Source of the DNA: Macrostomum lignano
Lineage: Eukaryota
DNA length: 64,000 nucleotides
Assembly (NCBI GenBank): GCA_002269645.1
Contig: NIVC01000619.1
Coordinates: forward strand, 62,001 to 126,000
Reading direction: 5' to 3'
The notes beneath the pieces are model-generated. The model was given only the letters and a program-made list of their open reading frames with translations. It was not told the DNA's origin and searched no databases. The position numbers were made by a program, and so were the translations under genes. Below, piece after piece: positions 1 to 11,535 of this stretch (position 1 is the first letter of the stretch; each line of letters opens with the position of its first letter).

Positions 1-1259
1 AATTTAATAATAAACCAACCGCGTTAATAATATTAGTACAGCTAATTTTTATATAGTCAATTGAAAGAGACGGCTCAAGGCTAAGTTTGTTTTTGTCGAA
101 GTACACGGTGCACCGTGTGTTACATTAACAAGATGAAATATTTAATTTTTGCCATGACATGTCAATAAATATTAGCTAAATGTTACTTTAGGCGATATAA
201 GGTTTCGATGTCGTGTCGTCGCTCTCTTTTATGGGAATGCGAACAGAATCAAGCAGCATGACATGATTGGCGCTGAACGGTACAGTAGTTTGGAATTCAG
301 AATAACACAATCCAGAATAGATTAAATTAAATGAACCCGTGGAAACTTTTAGCTAACTAAAGTTGAATCAAAGCAGAGCACACGGAACAGACACCAAAAG
401 CTTGGTTAGCTTGGGGAAAAGCCATTGCACTCGTGCAATAAAAATAACATTTTGGTTCACCAAGCAGTTATTCTAATTCCCGCTTGAAAACTCTATAATA
501 TATCAACAGTAGCGCGTACAATTACAGACTGTCAGAAGTGTATTTGAAAAATCTAATGACAACCATTGGTATGAAAGCGACCTGTCAGTCGAAGTACATC
601 TTGATTTTGTTTTTGTGAGTAATCGAAAATTTAAACTCGTGCTTAAAAACGATATATTTTTTAAATAAAATGTTTTGAACAATTAGGCTATATTTGCGGG
701 TTTTGGCACGAATTTAAATTTTCTATTATTCAACAACGAAATAATCGTCTGCTAGACGAATATCGATAACTTTAATGAAGTAACTAAAGTACAGAAAATA
801 ATTTGGCTACAAATGAAAACACGATGGTCATTGTTAAATAACGCACGCATACTGTAAGATGAGTTTTTTGAAAGCCAATTGACTTGACAAGTACAACAAC
901 ACGGAAAAGAGTTATAACGCATTCGACCGCCGAACGTAGCTGTCAGCGAGGAGGAAACTATGAGGAAGTGCGAGCAACAAAGAAAATCGCTGGATGATGA
1001 TCATAAGTAGCATAGCATGATTTTCCTTATTATTTGTGTAGCAATGAATAAAAACTCGTAATAACTATATATATTTCACTACATATCGGCTCAACTCAAA
1101 ATAACTATTGATTAGAAATACTTAGTTAGATGCAAATGTTAAGCAACAAGAATAGTACCATTAGCAACAAAATAATCCCAGTCTGCTTCCCAAAATGATA
1201 CTTCAACAAAGGTGATATGCACCGCTGCATAATCGCGCGATTAGAGCAAATCCACCCGT

Positions 1260-3645
1260 TCAGCCGGCGCCACTGCCCTCCATCTGGTCCGTCACGCTCA
1301 GTCCATAGATTCGCTTCCGGAATGCCTCCCTGTGCTGCTCTTGTAAACTGCTCTTTGGCTTGCTCCGCTTCAGATTGCCGTCCCACTGCAGGTCAACCAG
1401 ACCGCCGCGGCCGGCAATTTGACGCTTCACCGATTGGCGAAGGCAACCTTAGTGGAATTTCATTTCGATACATATCGTCTGAACTTTTGTCAATTATGCT
1501 ACTGTAGCATCACTGTGCAAAGACTAAATTATGAGGCGAAATGGGGATATTTTGTTATGGGGAGGCTCTAGAGAGATTCTAAGGGATACCTGTGGGCGAT
1601 TCACATGGATACCTGTGGGAAGTTCTCAGGGATACCTGTGGGCGATTCTCAGGGATACCTGTGGGCAATTCTCAAGGATACCTGTGGGCAATTCTCATGG
1701 ATACCTGTGGGCAATTCTCAGGGATACCTGTGGGCAATTCTCATGGATACCTGTGGGCGATTCTCAGGGAGCCTGTAGGAAATTCTCAAAGAAATTTAAG
1801 AGCGAATTCCCAGGGACAATTAAGGGGCGATTGTCAGAAATTGTCAGACGATTCTCAAGAAGCTGAAGCTCGTGGGCGATTCTCGGCAATACAGTATTGA
1901 GAAAGCGACCAAACTCACGGAACTCTCGCCCTCCTGCTGAATCTGCGGCGGCAGATACCAGACGTCAGCAACAATGGCCCAGCTGGTCATCATCATGAAC
2001 AGGTAGGTGACCATGCCGCAGGCGGAGCTATTCCAGAAGCAGTCGGCAAATCTCGGATCGTATTTGATGGCCACCGGGTAGACAACGCCGCCAGCTTCGA
2101 AGCCGCCTTTACGGAACATCATCACGGAGGTGTTGTTGATGCAGGTGCCCTCGGGGAAGATCAGCACAGGCGGCAAGCCTGGTGTGGACACGTGCTCCTC
2201 AAGTTTGCGTTTGACAACGCTGGCATCGCTGGATTCCGAGCGTTCGAACCAGATATGCGGCGAGGTCCGGTGCAGGGTCTTCTGCATGAAGCCGGTGAAG
2301 CCGCCATGGCTCTGACCCACTATAGAGAACACCTGGACGGGCGAGCGGGCATCGATTTCAGGGCGATTCGAAATGCAGGTTGATCTACGATAACTACGTA
2401 GAACATGTGTAGGCAAACTACGGCCCGCTCAATGTTTGTCTCCTCTCAGCGTTATTATTCTCTCTAATCTCCTTTCTTCTCTTCTCCTCTCCTCTCGATC
2501 CTCTACTCTCTCCTCTCTTCTTCTCCTTTTCTCTTCTCTCTCCTCAGGCTGGCAAACTCCGGCCCCGCAAAGCCTCTCTATCCGGCCCTCGGGGTCGTTT
2601 ACCTCACAATAGCAATCCGGCCCGCTCAATGTGTGTCCCCTGGCAGCGCTATTCTCCCTAATCTCCTCTCCTCTCTTTTCTTCTCTCCTTTCCTCTCTTC
2701 TCTACCCTCTCCTCTCCCTTGATCCTCTACTTTCTTCTTTCCTTCTTCCTCTCTCCCTCTCTCCTCTCCTCTCGTCTCCTCTTATCTCGCCCCTCCTTTC
2801 TTCAATACTCCCTTCTATACTACAGGGCACAGGCGTGAGCAAAGCACAACAACAGCAATTGGCACCTGTCTGCAGCCCAGCACAACAACATCAATCGGTG
2901 AGGTGTGATTGGCCACGCAGATGCCGTTATTCCGCGGCATGTTCTCAACGTCGTGAAAGCGCAGCACGGCCGAGAACGCCCTGGCAAAGAGTCGGAAAGC
3001 TGTCGGGGTCAGGATTGAGTTGAGGTAGCGGCGCAGGCCGGGCCAGGGCAGCAGCGCGATGATCAGCGACCCAATGACCAGGTACAGCACGGCGGTGAGG
3101 GCCAGCAGCATCCGGAATGGGAACAGGATGCAGTAGCGCAGAATGCAGCCCAGCACCCAATAGCAGGTGAGGCGGCTGCTAATGAACTGATACTTATTAG
3201 TTCGGGTCAGCAGATTCCACGAGGCCAGGTCTTCCGCAGCGAACCGTTTCGTCACCTCATCCTCGATGATGGACTCGATGCCGCTCTGCACGAACACGCA
3301 CAGGTCGGACAGGTGGAATGGCCGCTTCTGACTCGATGTTGAAGCCTTCGATGGGTCGTCGCTGCTGGCGCAGTCGGCGTGCAGCAACTCGATGCCCTCG
3401 GTGGTGAGCTTGGCGTGCCGTTGAATCAGCCGATTGTCTCGGCTGAGATTGTCGCTGCTCTCCTTCCTAGACGGCGGCCTGCGCTTCTCAACGGCCTGCT
3501 CAAACAGGTGCAGCAGTATCCTGATGTACAGCCGGCGGATGCCGAAGGAGAAGTTGAATACGGCAAGCAGGGTGGCCACTAGCAGGACCAGACCGACTAA
3601 GCGGCCGATCAGCTGCACCGCCCAGTAGAATGCTTCCAGCGGCAT
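1260..3645 (-). CDS. GPAT4: ER glycerol-3-phosphate acyltransferase (GPAT3/GPAT4 = AGPAT9/6 family), 3 exons, ~460 aa
   Basis: Exons 3645-2866, 2332-1919, 1447-1260 with GT-AG junctions. Acyltransferase motifs NHTSPID and FPEGTCINN; YPVAIKYD; C-terminal LVDLQWDGNLKR matches GPAT3/4. Last exon needs +1 nt at 1430-1431 (CGG GTG read as CGGTG) to give FANRVK. GPAT3 vs GPAT4 orthology not resolvable. Confidence 0.93.
1583..1780. repeat. ~22-23 bp minisatellite (ggatacctgtgggcgattctca[g/t]) in GPAT last intron
   Basis: Direct tandem units visible; source of spurious ORFs 1531-1866 and 1592-1900. Confidence 0.9.
2412..2815 (-). mobile_element. hAT-Charlie-like MITE remnant with CT-rich interior (GPAT intron 1)
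   Basis: ggcaaactacggcccgc (2412-2428) and caggctggcaaactccggccc (2545) resemble Charlie/MER58-type ends; shares gggccggattgctattgtga...gagggccggatagagaggc block with copies at 4800-4889 and 21770-22150. Confidence 0.6.
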
Positions 3646-4229
3646 GAAGCGAAGCGAGTAGATTAGCAATCCGTTTTGTAGTGTTAGAATCGAGCTTTTT
3701 ATTGTATATGGCCCATATTAGAGAATTTGGGCTTTTTATCGTTTTCGTGAAATTCGAAGGAATATCATTTCAGTAAAGAAGTTTTTGTCTCAAAAAGCAA
3801 ATGTATGTATTCGATAGTCTATGGTACATAGGGATGTTGGATCGTATCGTACGCAGTCCAAAATGATTTAGAGTTCCCTCGCGTCGCGTTCAAGCAAAAA
3901 CTAATAAAGTTGAAGTTGATCGCAGATGAGCAAAGAGCAATACATGATATTCCTTCATCCATGTTTCACAGGGATGCAAGCCTTGACCATAGAAAAACAA
4001 GAGATTTCAACAGACAAAGATGGATATGGCAGTTGAAGTATTAATTTAGCAAGCAGAGCTTCACCCCGAACAGCTTAAACGGCGAAGATATTATCAGAAT
4101 ATAGATCGGTTTCGATTTCAACATGTACAGCCCCAATTTCCTAATCGGTTTCTCTATAGAACTATAGACCCTATTTTCAGCCTATAGACCCCAGGACCAG
4201 ATAAACAACCTATAGAACACGACTGTGAT

Positions 4230-4889
4230 CCGGAGGAAAGAAGAGATGAGAGAAGAGATGAATTAGGAGAGGGAGAGGAAGGAGAGGAGGAGAGGGGAGG
4301 AGAGGGGAGGAGAGAGTAGAGAATCGAGGAGAGAGGAGAGGAGAGAGAGGAGAGAGTAGATGATCGAGAGAAGAGAGGAGAGGAGAAGAGAGGGGAGGAG
4401 AGAGAAGAGGGAAGGAGAGAGGAGAGGAGAGAGTAGAGGAGAAGAGAGGAGAAGAGAGGAGAGGAGAGGAGAGAGAGAAGAGGGAAGGAGAGAGGAGAGG
4501 AGAGAGTAGAGGAGAGAGTAGAGGAGAAGAGAGGAGAAGAGAGGAGAAGAGAGGAGAAGAGGGAAGGAGAGAGGAGAGGAGAGAGTAGAGGAGAAGAGAG
4601 GAGAAGAGAGGAGAAGAGAGGAGAAGAGAGAAGAGAGGAGAAGAGAGGAGAAGAGGGAAGGAGAGAGGAGAGGAGAGAGTAGAAGAGAAGAGAGAAGAGA
4701 GGAGAAGAGAGGAGAAGAGAGGAGAAGAGAGGAGAAGAGGGAAGGAGAGAGTAGAGGAGATGAGAGGAGAAAGGAGAGGGGAGTGAGAAAACAGAATAGG
4801 GCCGGATTGCTATTGTGAGGCTTCAAAGGATCCCCAAAGACCGGACAGAGAGGATTTGAGGCCTGCGGTCCAGAGTTTTCCGACCCCTG
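4230..4889 (+). mobile_element. hAT-Charlie-like MITE copy with (GA)-rich microsatellite interior
   Basis: Ends ...agagttttccgacccctg (revcomp CAGGGGTCGGAAAACT, Charlie-type TIR); internal GAGAG/GAAGAG array 4235-4790; same subterminal block as other copies. Left end and TSD not identified. Confidence 0.6.
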
Positions 4890-5484
4890 CCATACGCAAT
4901 AAAAAGTTAGTCTTCAAGAGTTCGCTCCTCTCACTAAGGATTGCTTGCTCTTAGGCTCAGTTGGCTTGGAAAACCGCACAGCAAAAAGCACAGCAGACGC
5001 TTCACACAAACGCTGACAGGGCGCTGCAGTAGCTGCCCTAATAGATTACATTCACAAGACACTCGAGGCCAAAGGCCAAAATCACGGGGCAAAAGACGTG
5101 CGTGCCTAAAATCGGGCTGAGTAAACAGATAAGAGCCAAAGCTGATTTGTTGGTCCTAAGAGCCTCAACAAAGTAAAGCTTGACTGAGCAATTTAAATAC
5201 AATTTTAACGCTTGTCCTATTGACTAGGGTCAGTTTCCTCTAGGCTCAACGAAATGCTACACAGTGTAAGACTTAAAAGTACAAGTTAAGAATTAGGTAC
5301 AATGATAAAGTTTTGGCTTAGCTGACTTTCATAAGTTACCTGTAATGAAAACCTAATAATAAATTTACATTTCGCAAATAAATCACTCTAGTTTCTTATG
5401 AAACATTTTCAATACCAACATTGAGGGGTCTGTAGCATCAAGAATTTACTGTTTCAAAAAGTGAAACCCCTTATGAAGACAGTG

Positions 5485-5990
5485 TTAACCACCTTCGATA
5501 CAAAGCCGAGTTGAAAAAGGAACTTGAGCCGATTTTGACACGACAATAAGATGGACAAAATTAGAGACAGAAATACAGTCAAGTCTTACAACTGACATTT
5601 TAAGTTTGAAAATGACACAATTTTCATCATAAACAGACCAGAGAGCAGACTTGGATGCAGCTGCATCAATGGCAAACAGAGCTTTTAACTTGGCGACATC
5701 CAGATTCAAGTTCCATGTCTCTGCGAAGAGAAAAAATCCATCTTGCTGTATGTGTAAGTCAAGTGGATTCTTCTCAACAATGGAGACAATATTGCTAGTG
5801 CAAAGATCTCTCTACTCTTCAGTCTTCATTCTCCCACTGGCCAGCTATGAAAATTAAGTGGCATTGCATTGATACTGCACAAGTGTTATTGTCAATAAAA
5901 AGTCACCACAAAAGAAAGGCAGTAAATGTGCAATGCTGTCAACTGAGGATATTCTAGATACTGCCAGTAAAATTCCATCCACTGCCCAAA
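5485..5990 (-). pseudogene. Possible decayed Helentron/LINE-type endonuclease fragment
   Basis: Interrupted minus-strand frames give ...LAVSRISSVDSIAHL... then ...TSNIVSIVEKNPLDLHIQQDGFFLFAETWNL..., weakly resembling helicase-end ALSR and the EEP ETW motif; stops present. Confidence 0.25.
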
Positions 5991-6503
5991 GGAAAGAACT
6001 ATAGATGGGAAAAAATAAAAATGTTTTTAATTTTGGAGTCTATGTTTGGCTAATATACAAAGGTTTTGGAAATATTACCTAGATACCTAAATTACCTAAA
6101 TTGAAATATTACCTAAATATTATTGTTAATGCTATTTTTGATAGTAAAATATACATAGCTATATAGCTATATAGCCTATTTAATATTATATGAATTTCTT
6201 GCTTTTCAAAGCTGCCAAACTACAAGCTATGAGCTTATATTTTGATCAACTACTTTATAAAGACTATGAATCAATAGTTAAAATGACTGCAATTTTATTC
6301 ATCTTTAATGCAATGAAACATTGCATATAAGCATAACTATATTATATACTTAAAATTCCTATATAAAAATATAGGGTCAAACTTTGCATTATCTAAAAGA
6401 TAACAAAATTTTATACAACCTAACAAAAATTATCACTTTAAGTGCAACTAATTCAAAGTTAGGCCTTCAAATAATTTTACAATATTTATGAGTGTTATAT
6501 CCT

Positions 6504-6800
6504 CATACATGCGCAACCTCCAACATTCGGTCGGCCATGCGACTTAGTTTTAACAAAAATGCGACGTAGTTTTTGGCCAAAAATGCAACTTACATGTAAA
6601 AAAATTCTAAAGCAAAATTAACGCAACTCTGGGTAAACGGCAGGAGTAACTATGACTTTCTTATTAAGTCAAAATGTCTCATCAGCTACTTAGTACTACT
6701 ACTTTGGTATTTTTTGGGTGGGAATTTTTGCTACTTCCTTGATTGGCCGCCAAATCAGTTGGCCAGATCGGCCGACTTGGCCGACTGTTGCGCATGTATG
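6504..6800. mobile_element. 297-bp MITE with 14-bp TIRs and 8-bp TSD (hAT or P superfamily-like)
   Basis: CATACATGCGCAAC (6504-6517) and its exact revcomp GTTGCGCATGTATG (6787-6800); direct repeat TATATCCT at 6496-6503 and 6801-6808; subterminal gtcggcc / ggccgac motifs. Confidence 0.85.
6631..6694 (+). rRNA. Degenerate 28S rRNA fragment (conserved core around the R2 / I-PpoI site), inside the MITE; not a functional rRNA gene
   Basis: GGGTAAACGGCAGGAGTAACTATGACTTTCTTA...AAATGTCTCATCAGCTACTTAGT vs remembered eukaryotic LSU consensus GGGTAAACGGCGGGAGTAACTATGACTCTCTTAAGGTAGCCAAATGCCTCGTCATCTAATTAGT: 51/64 ungapped by hand. Confidence 0.75.
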
Positions 6801-7624
6801 TATATCCTGATATAATATAATAAGTATATACATAATATATATTTCTGGTTTTTGGCAATATTATATAAAAGTTATTTTTATCATTTTGATATATTTTACA
6901 TTTGATTCTTATATCTATAGCTAAGTGAACCAACCAGCCAGGTTTAACATGTATCTCTTACTGGATGGCTAGCAACTCAAATTTAGGACTTATGCATTTT
7001 AATGTAGAATTTTCTTATGCAACAAATAGGCTATTTTTATATAAAATTTCCTAATTTAGTTTGTAAAAAAGCAAATATATAAGCTTCTCTGGCCACTCCA
7101 CCTTTCTAGTAGAGATGTGGTAACATGTTTTTTAAAGGATAGAAAATAGATGGCTATAAATTTTAACTGCTACTATATATTAGAGAAAGGTTAGTACATT
7201 CAATGCTAACAAAACCCCATATGTTGTGGGTACCATTACATTTTAATTATTGTTTGTTAGAAAGAGGTTGAATGGCTATTTGAATATTTTAATTCAATTT
7301 TGTGCATTTTGTTGGATAGAGGGCATATCAGCTATGTTGGTATCTTGGCAGTAGAAAAGCTAGCAAATTGTGTGACCATTTTTAACTATGTGCTATTGCA
7401 TTAAGATTCATTTTGTTTTATTATCAATAGGTATATATATTAGCTAGGCAATGAAATTTAATGAATAAACTTATGTGCCTTATTGTAGCAAGCAGTGAAT
7501 ATACTTAATAGTCCAATGCTTTAAATCAAGAAATCAAATGCTATTTATCAAGTTTTTAACTTTGAGAGGAGGCACTTATATTGCTAAAAAGATCTTGCAA
7601 TGCTAGGTTTAGGGATATAAGTTG

Positions 7625-8100
7625 TTCCCTTTTGGAAAATTAAATGGAAAAATTAGAGAAAATAAAAAAAGAGATAGGAGAAAAGATTGGGGAGTTGAGA
7701 AAAAGGAAAAAGAAGAAGATAAAAGGAAAAGAAAGGAAAAAGAAAAGAGGAGACAAGAGATAGTAAAGGGGAGATAGGAAAGATAACAGATAATAAAGAA
7801 AAGAGTAAAAGATATAACAAATGAGATTAGAGAGAAGAGAAAAGAAAAGAGAGAAAGGACAAGGTAGAAAAGAGTCAATAGATAAGACTAAGAGAATATA
7901 GATGAGAGATGTGAGAGATGAAAAGAGATAAAAGAGAAGAAAGGAGAAGGAAACAAGAGGAAAAGGGAGAGATAAGAGAGATAAGAGAGTAAAGAAGAGA
8001 AATTAGAAAGCAGAAAAGAAAAGAGTAGAGAGGAGAACATAGAAAAGAAATATGAGAGATAAGAGATAATAGTTAAGAGAGTAAATATGAGAAGAGATTG
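7625..8100. repeat. Degenerate purine-rich (GA/AAAG) low-complexity tract
   Basis: Almost exclusively A/G on + strand. Confidence 0.8.
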
Positions 8101-11100
8101 TGCAGGGCCCCTCCCAATTTCTTTATAAAATAGTCACCATTTAGTCAATTTGAATTCACGCCAAAACTAAGAAACATATTTTGTTTTAATACTTGTATTT
8201 TCTATAATATTTTGCGCTAACGAATTTTTGTTTAAAACTGTAGCAAATTTTAGTATAAATAGAAGCGTTTTTGGCAGAGGAGAGACCAACCTCGCGCATT
8301 GCGGTTCAATAATAAAACAGTTGATAGCTAATAATAAGAGTTTCGAGAAAATCTAATTGAAGAGGTGTTTTCTGTGTTGATTCCTTTTTACAAAGTAAGA
8401 GCGAAATAGACTGAAGCGTATACAGTACATACTATTGAGAAGCAGCAGTAAGAGTAGTAAGAGAGTAGTAAGAGAATACAAAGTAGATCTGAAGTGATAT
8501 GTGAAAGAATAACCGGAGGCTGTGACCCTCTGATCTCGGTAATGCCCAAGGACTTGCAAAGTACATGAAATACATATACCAGTTTAGCCAATAGACCACT
8601 TAGGCCAAAAGTACAGTGAAAGCTACCAGAACAATAGTAAACGTTACCGGAATAACAGGAGAACGATAACAACTGCAAGGGCTAAATAATATTCTAAGAA
8701 CAAAATACTCAGACTAAATACTCAGAGTAAATTCTCAGACTAAATACTCAGACTAAATACTAAGATATATACTTAGATCAATTCTAAGAAACATTTCTCG
8801 GATTATTCTAAGATTGATAAACTCATAATTTATTAGTAGGATAATCCTGGTGGCAGCTACAAACTTAAAGACTAGTATAGAAAGTCTAGCCCTTTGACAT
8901 TCTCAGTGTACAAGAAACACCACTAGTACAGTTTGGTGTCAGCGGTTGAGATTATTCTAGAGAGAGCTGAAAGGCCTAGTACAACTTTGGTACCAGCTGT
9001 GGGATTGTTCATAAAGATTGAGGAATAACCCCTTTGACAACTTTAGTGACAGCTGTGGAATCATTTGTAGGGACAGAAGCTACCCCCTAGCACAAGATGA
9101 AAGTAGAGAGGAAAGCTTTGAGATAAAAAGAGCAAAGAAGAAATAGGAGACAGGAGAAAGTCTTAGTCTAGAGGATAACAATCAATTTTTGCAAACAGGG
9201 AAAACCCCTATTGCGTGTATTGGATTAAATATTGAAAACTCATAGATATACACTTTAGAATAAAGTCAAATTATTTTATTGCACTTTATTTCTTTGACCC
9301 TTATTATCAAAAGTATTATAGGCCTACTATTTTTCAATATATTTATCCTAATTGTACCTGTGTCTTTGGCCAGTCTATGCCTGCATCTACTTAGCTACCT
9401 ATGTATATGTATTTACTAGAAAAGTAGCTAGTAAGAAGGGCAACATACATACTACATTTTTAAAAAACAAAGTACACTAGATGCTATCTACAGTTTTATA
9501 ACTTTTTCCTATAAGAGGAAAACAAGATGATAGGGCCTATTTAGAAAGTTTTATAGAAGATTTGGAAATTAAATAAGATTTGGGTCATTGGATCATAGGC
9601 TCATTATTATAAATATAACAAACATCACTTTTTTTAATTCTTGCTATTTTTTCAATATTTGTTTAAGCCTTATAATTCTTAAAAACCATTATATGACCTT
9701 AAATAAAATAGAACCATTCTAGGCCTATCAAACTATTTATTTTATCTGTACATAAAATAGGGGCCTAGGCCTAGTTCTATATCTATGAGCATCTATAGGC
9801 TTATAGTAGAATAAGATAAACCAGGGATCTGCCCTGGCTACATACACAAGTTCTTAGTTCTAGTCCAAATTGAAATATTTTTTTGTAACCTTTTTATACT
9901 TCTAGCAGTCCTATTCTAGCTAGGTTTAGTTCAAAGTACTAGCTATAGTGATGTCGTTACTGCAATGCTGATTTACTGAAGTTTTGCCAGAAACAAAATT
10001 AACACAAATGCTGCAAAGCAAAATACAATTGCCAAGAAAGAATGATAAGTGAAGAAAACAGTGACTGCTGTTGCTATAATACTTTGTGCGTGACTAGAGT
10101 CGAGAAAGAAAGCTAATAGCTTGCGGAAGCGGCTGAGCCATCCAGGCCAAGCGCTCTTTAGTCACAGGGCTCGTAACTCGTGGAGTCGTGATGAGCCTAG
10201 GGACTATAAAAATAATCTTATTTCTTATTAGTAGTAGTAGTAGTAAGTAAGTTGGCTCAGGCAAGAAGCCTGTTTGGCCAGTATATTTCTGTGTATTTAA
10301 GTTATTTTAGCATTAGTTGTTTAATTACGATTAAGTTCAAAAGGTTAAATTTGTTCAAAAGGTTAAATTTTTACACCAGTTACGATGCGAGTTACGATAT
10401 TTGTAAAATTATTAAGGTATTTGAAAGAGCGTTTTTTGTAAAAAGATATAGTATTTTGCAAGCGCGCAATATTTCAAAGCGTGAAAAACGAACGAAAAAT
10501 GAACAAAAACGAACTTCGAAAGAACTTTACGTTAAACGAAAAACGACGATTTAAATAGGTATTAGATAGGAAACTAAATTAAATACATAATTTGAAACCA
10601 TTGAAACCATAAATCATGACATCGTATAGGACAAAGCCAATTAACCTTAAACGTTTGCTGAGGAGAGAAAAATTCACACGGCCGGCCGAGCCTGTTGAGC
10701 CCGGAGTACGCGCCAACTTGGACCAAAAATAGCTAAAAATAGCAACAAAATTGAGAAGTTTGCAATTAAGGGATGGGGAACAGGCCGATGAGGTTAAGCT
10801 GAGTGGTTTAAGATTTGAAAGGACAAATTTTTAAAGCGCCGAAATAAAAAAATCAAATTTTCAAAATTCCACACGTTCTACTGTACATCTTGTTGAATGG
10901 TTCAGCGTACCGATGATGTGCATATACGACTCTATAATAACAAATTTGCGAATGTGCAGCGTGCATAGTAAATCCATTCTATTTAGTTACGGTGGTCAGG
11001 TGCTCATTTAAATCAGTTCTGATCAGTTTAATTCGATCGCAATCGAAAAGAGCTCTAAAATAGATAAATAAATGAGAGCCAAAATCAGCATTCGAAGGGT

Positions 11101-11535
11101 AAAATAAATATTTAAAACTTTTCTTCCGGTGCATTTCTTCCAGTCTGGCAGCTGTCTGAGGGCTTAATTTATAATGGGACAGATTAACTAGCTACTTACG
11201 GCTTGCACCCCCCACGGCCCCAATGCTGGGAATAAATTTTTCCTCACACGGATGTTCAAGGCTGGACAAACTAAATGAACCAGTAAATAAAATAGAAATT
11301 TAACCTTCCGGGTGTTGATTTTGACATTTGACATTTATTTGACATTTGTATTTACTGCTATTCATCCAGCGAGCTGGATACGTACTTGAATTCTTTTTTG
11401 GTACAATAGTTCGATAAAATTGATAGGCTAAAATAAAATCAAAGCTCAGAAAAAAATGTATAATATGGTGCATATTTAACGTGGCGAACATATCCTATAC
11501 GCCAACAAATAGTTTTTATCGATTGCAGAAAACAT

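Noticed and set aside
1126-1386. 86-aa minus ORF ending in a hydrophobic tail (looks like a tail-anchored protein)
   Set aside because: It is an alternative frame over the true GPAT last exon (WDGNLKR frame).
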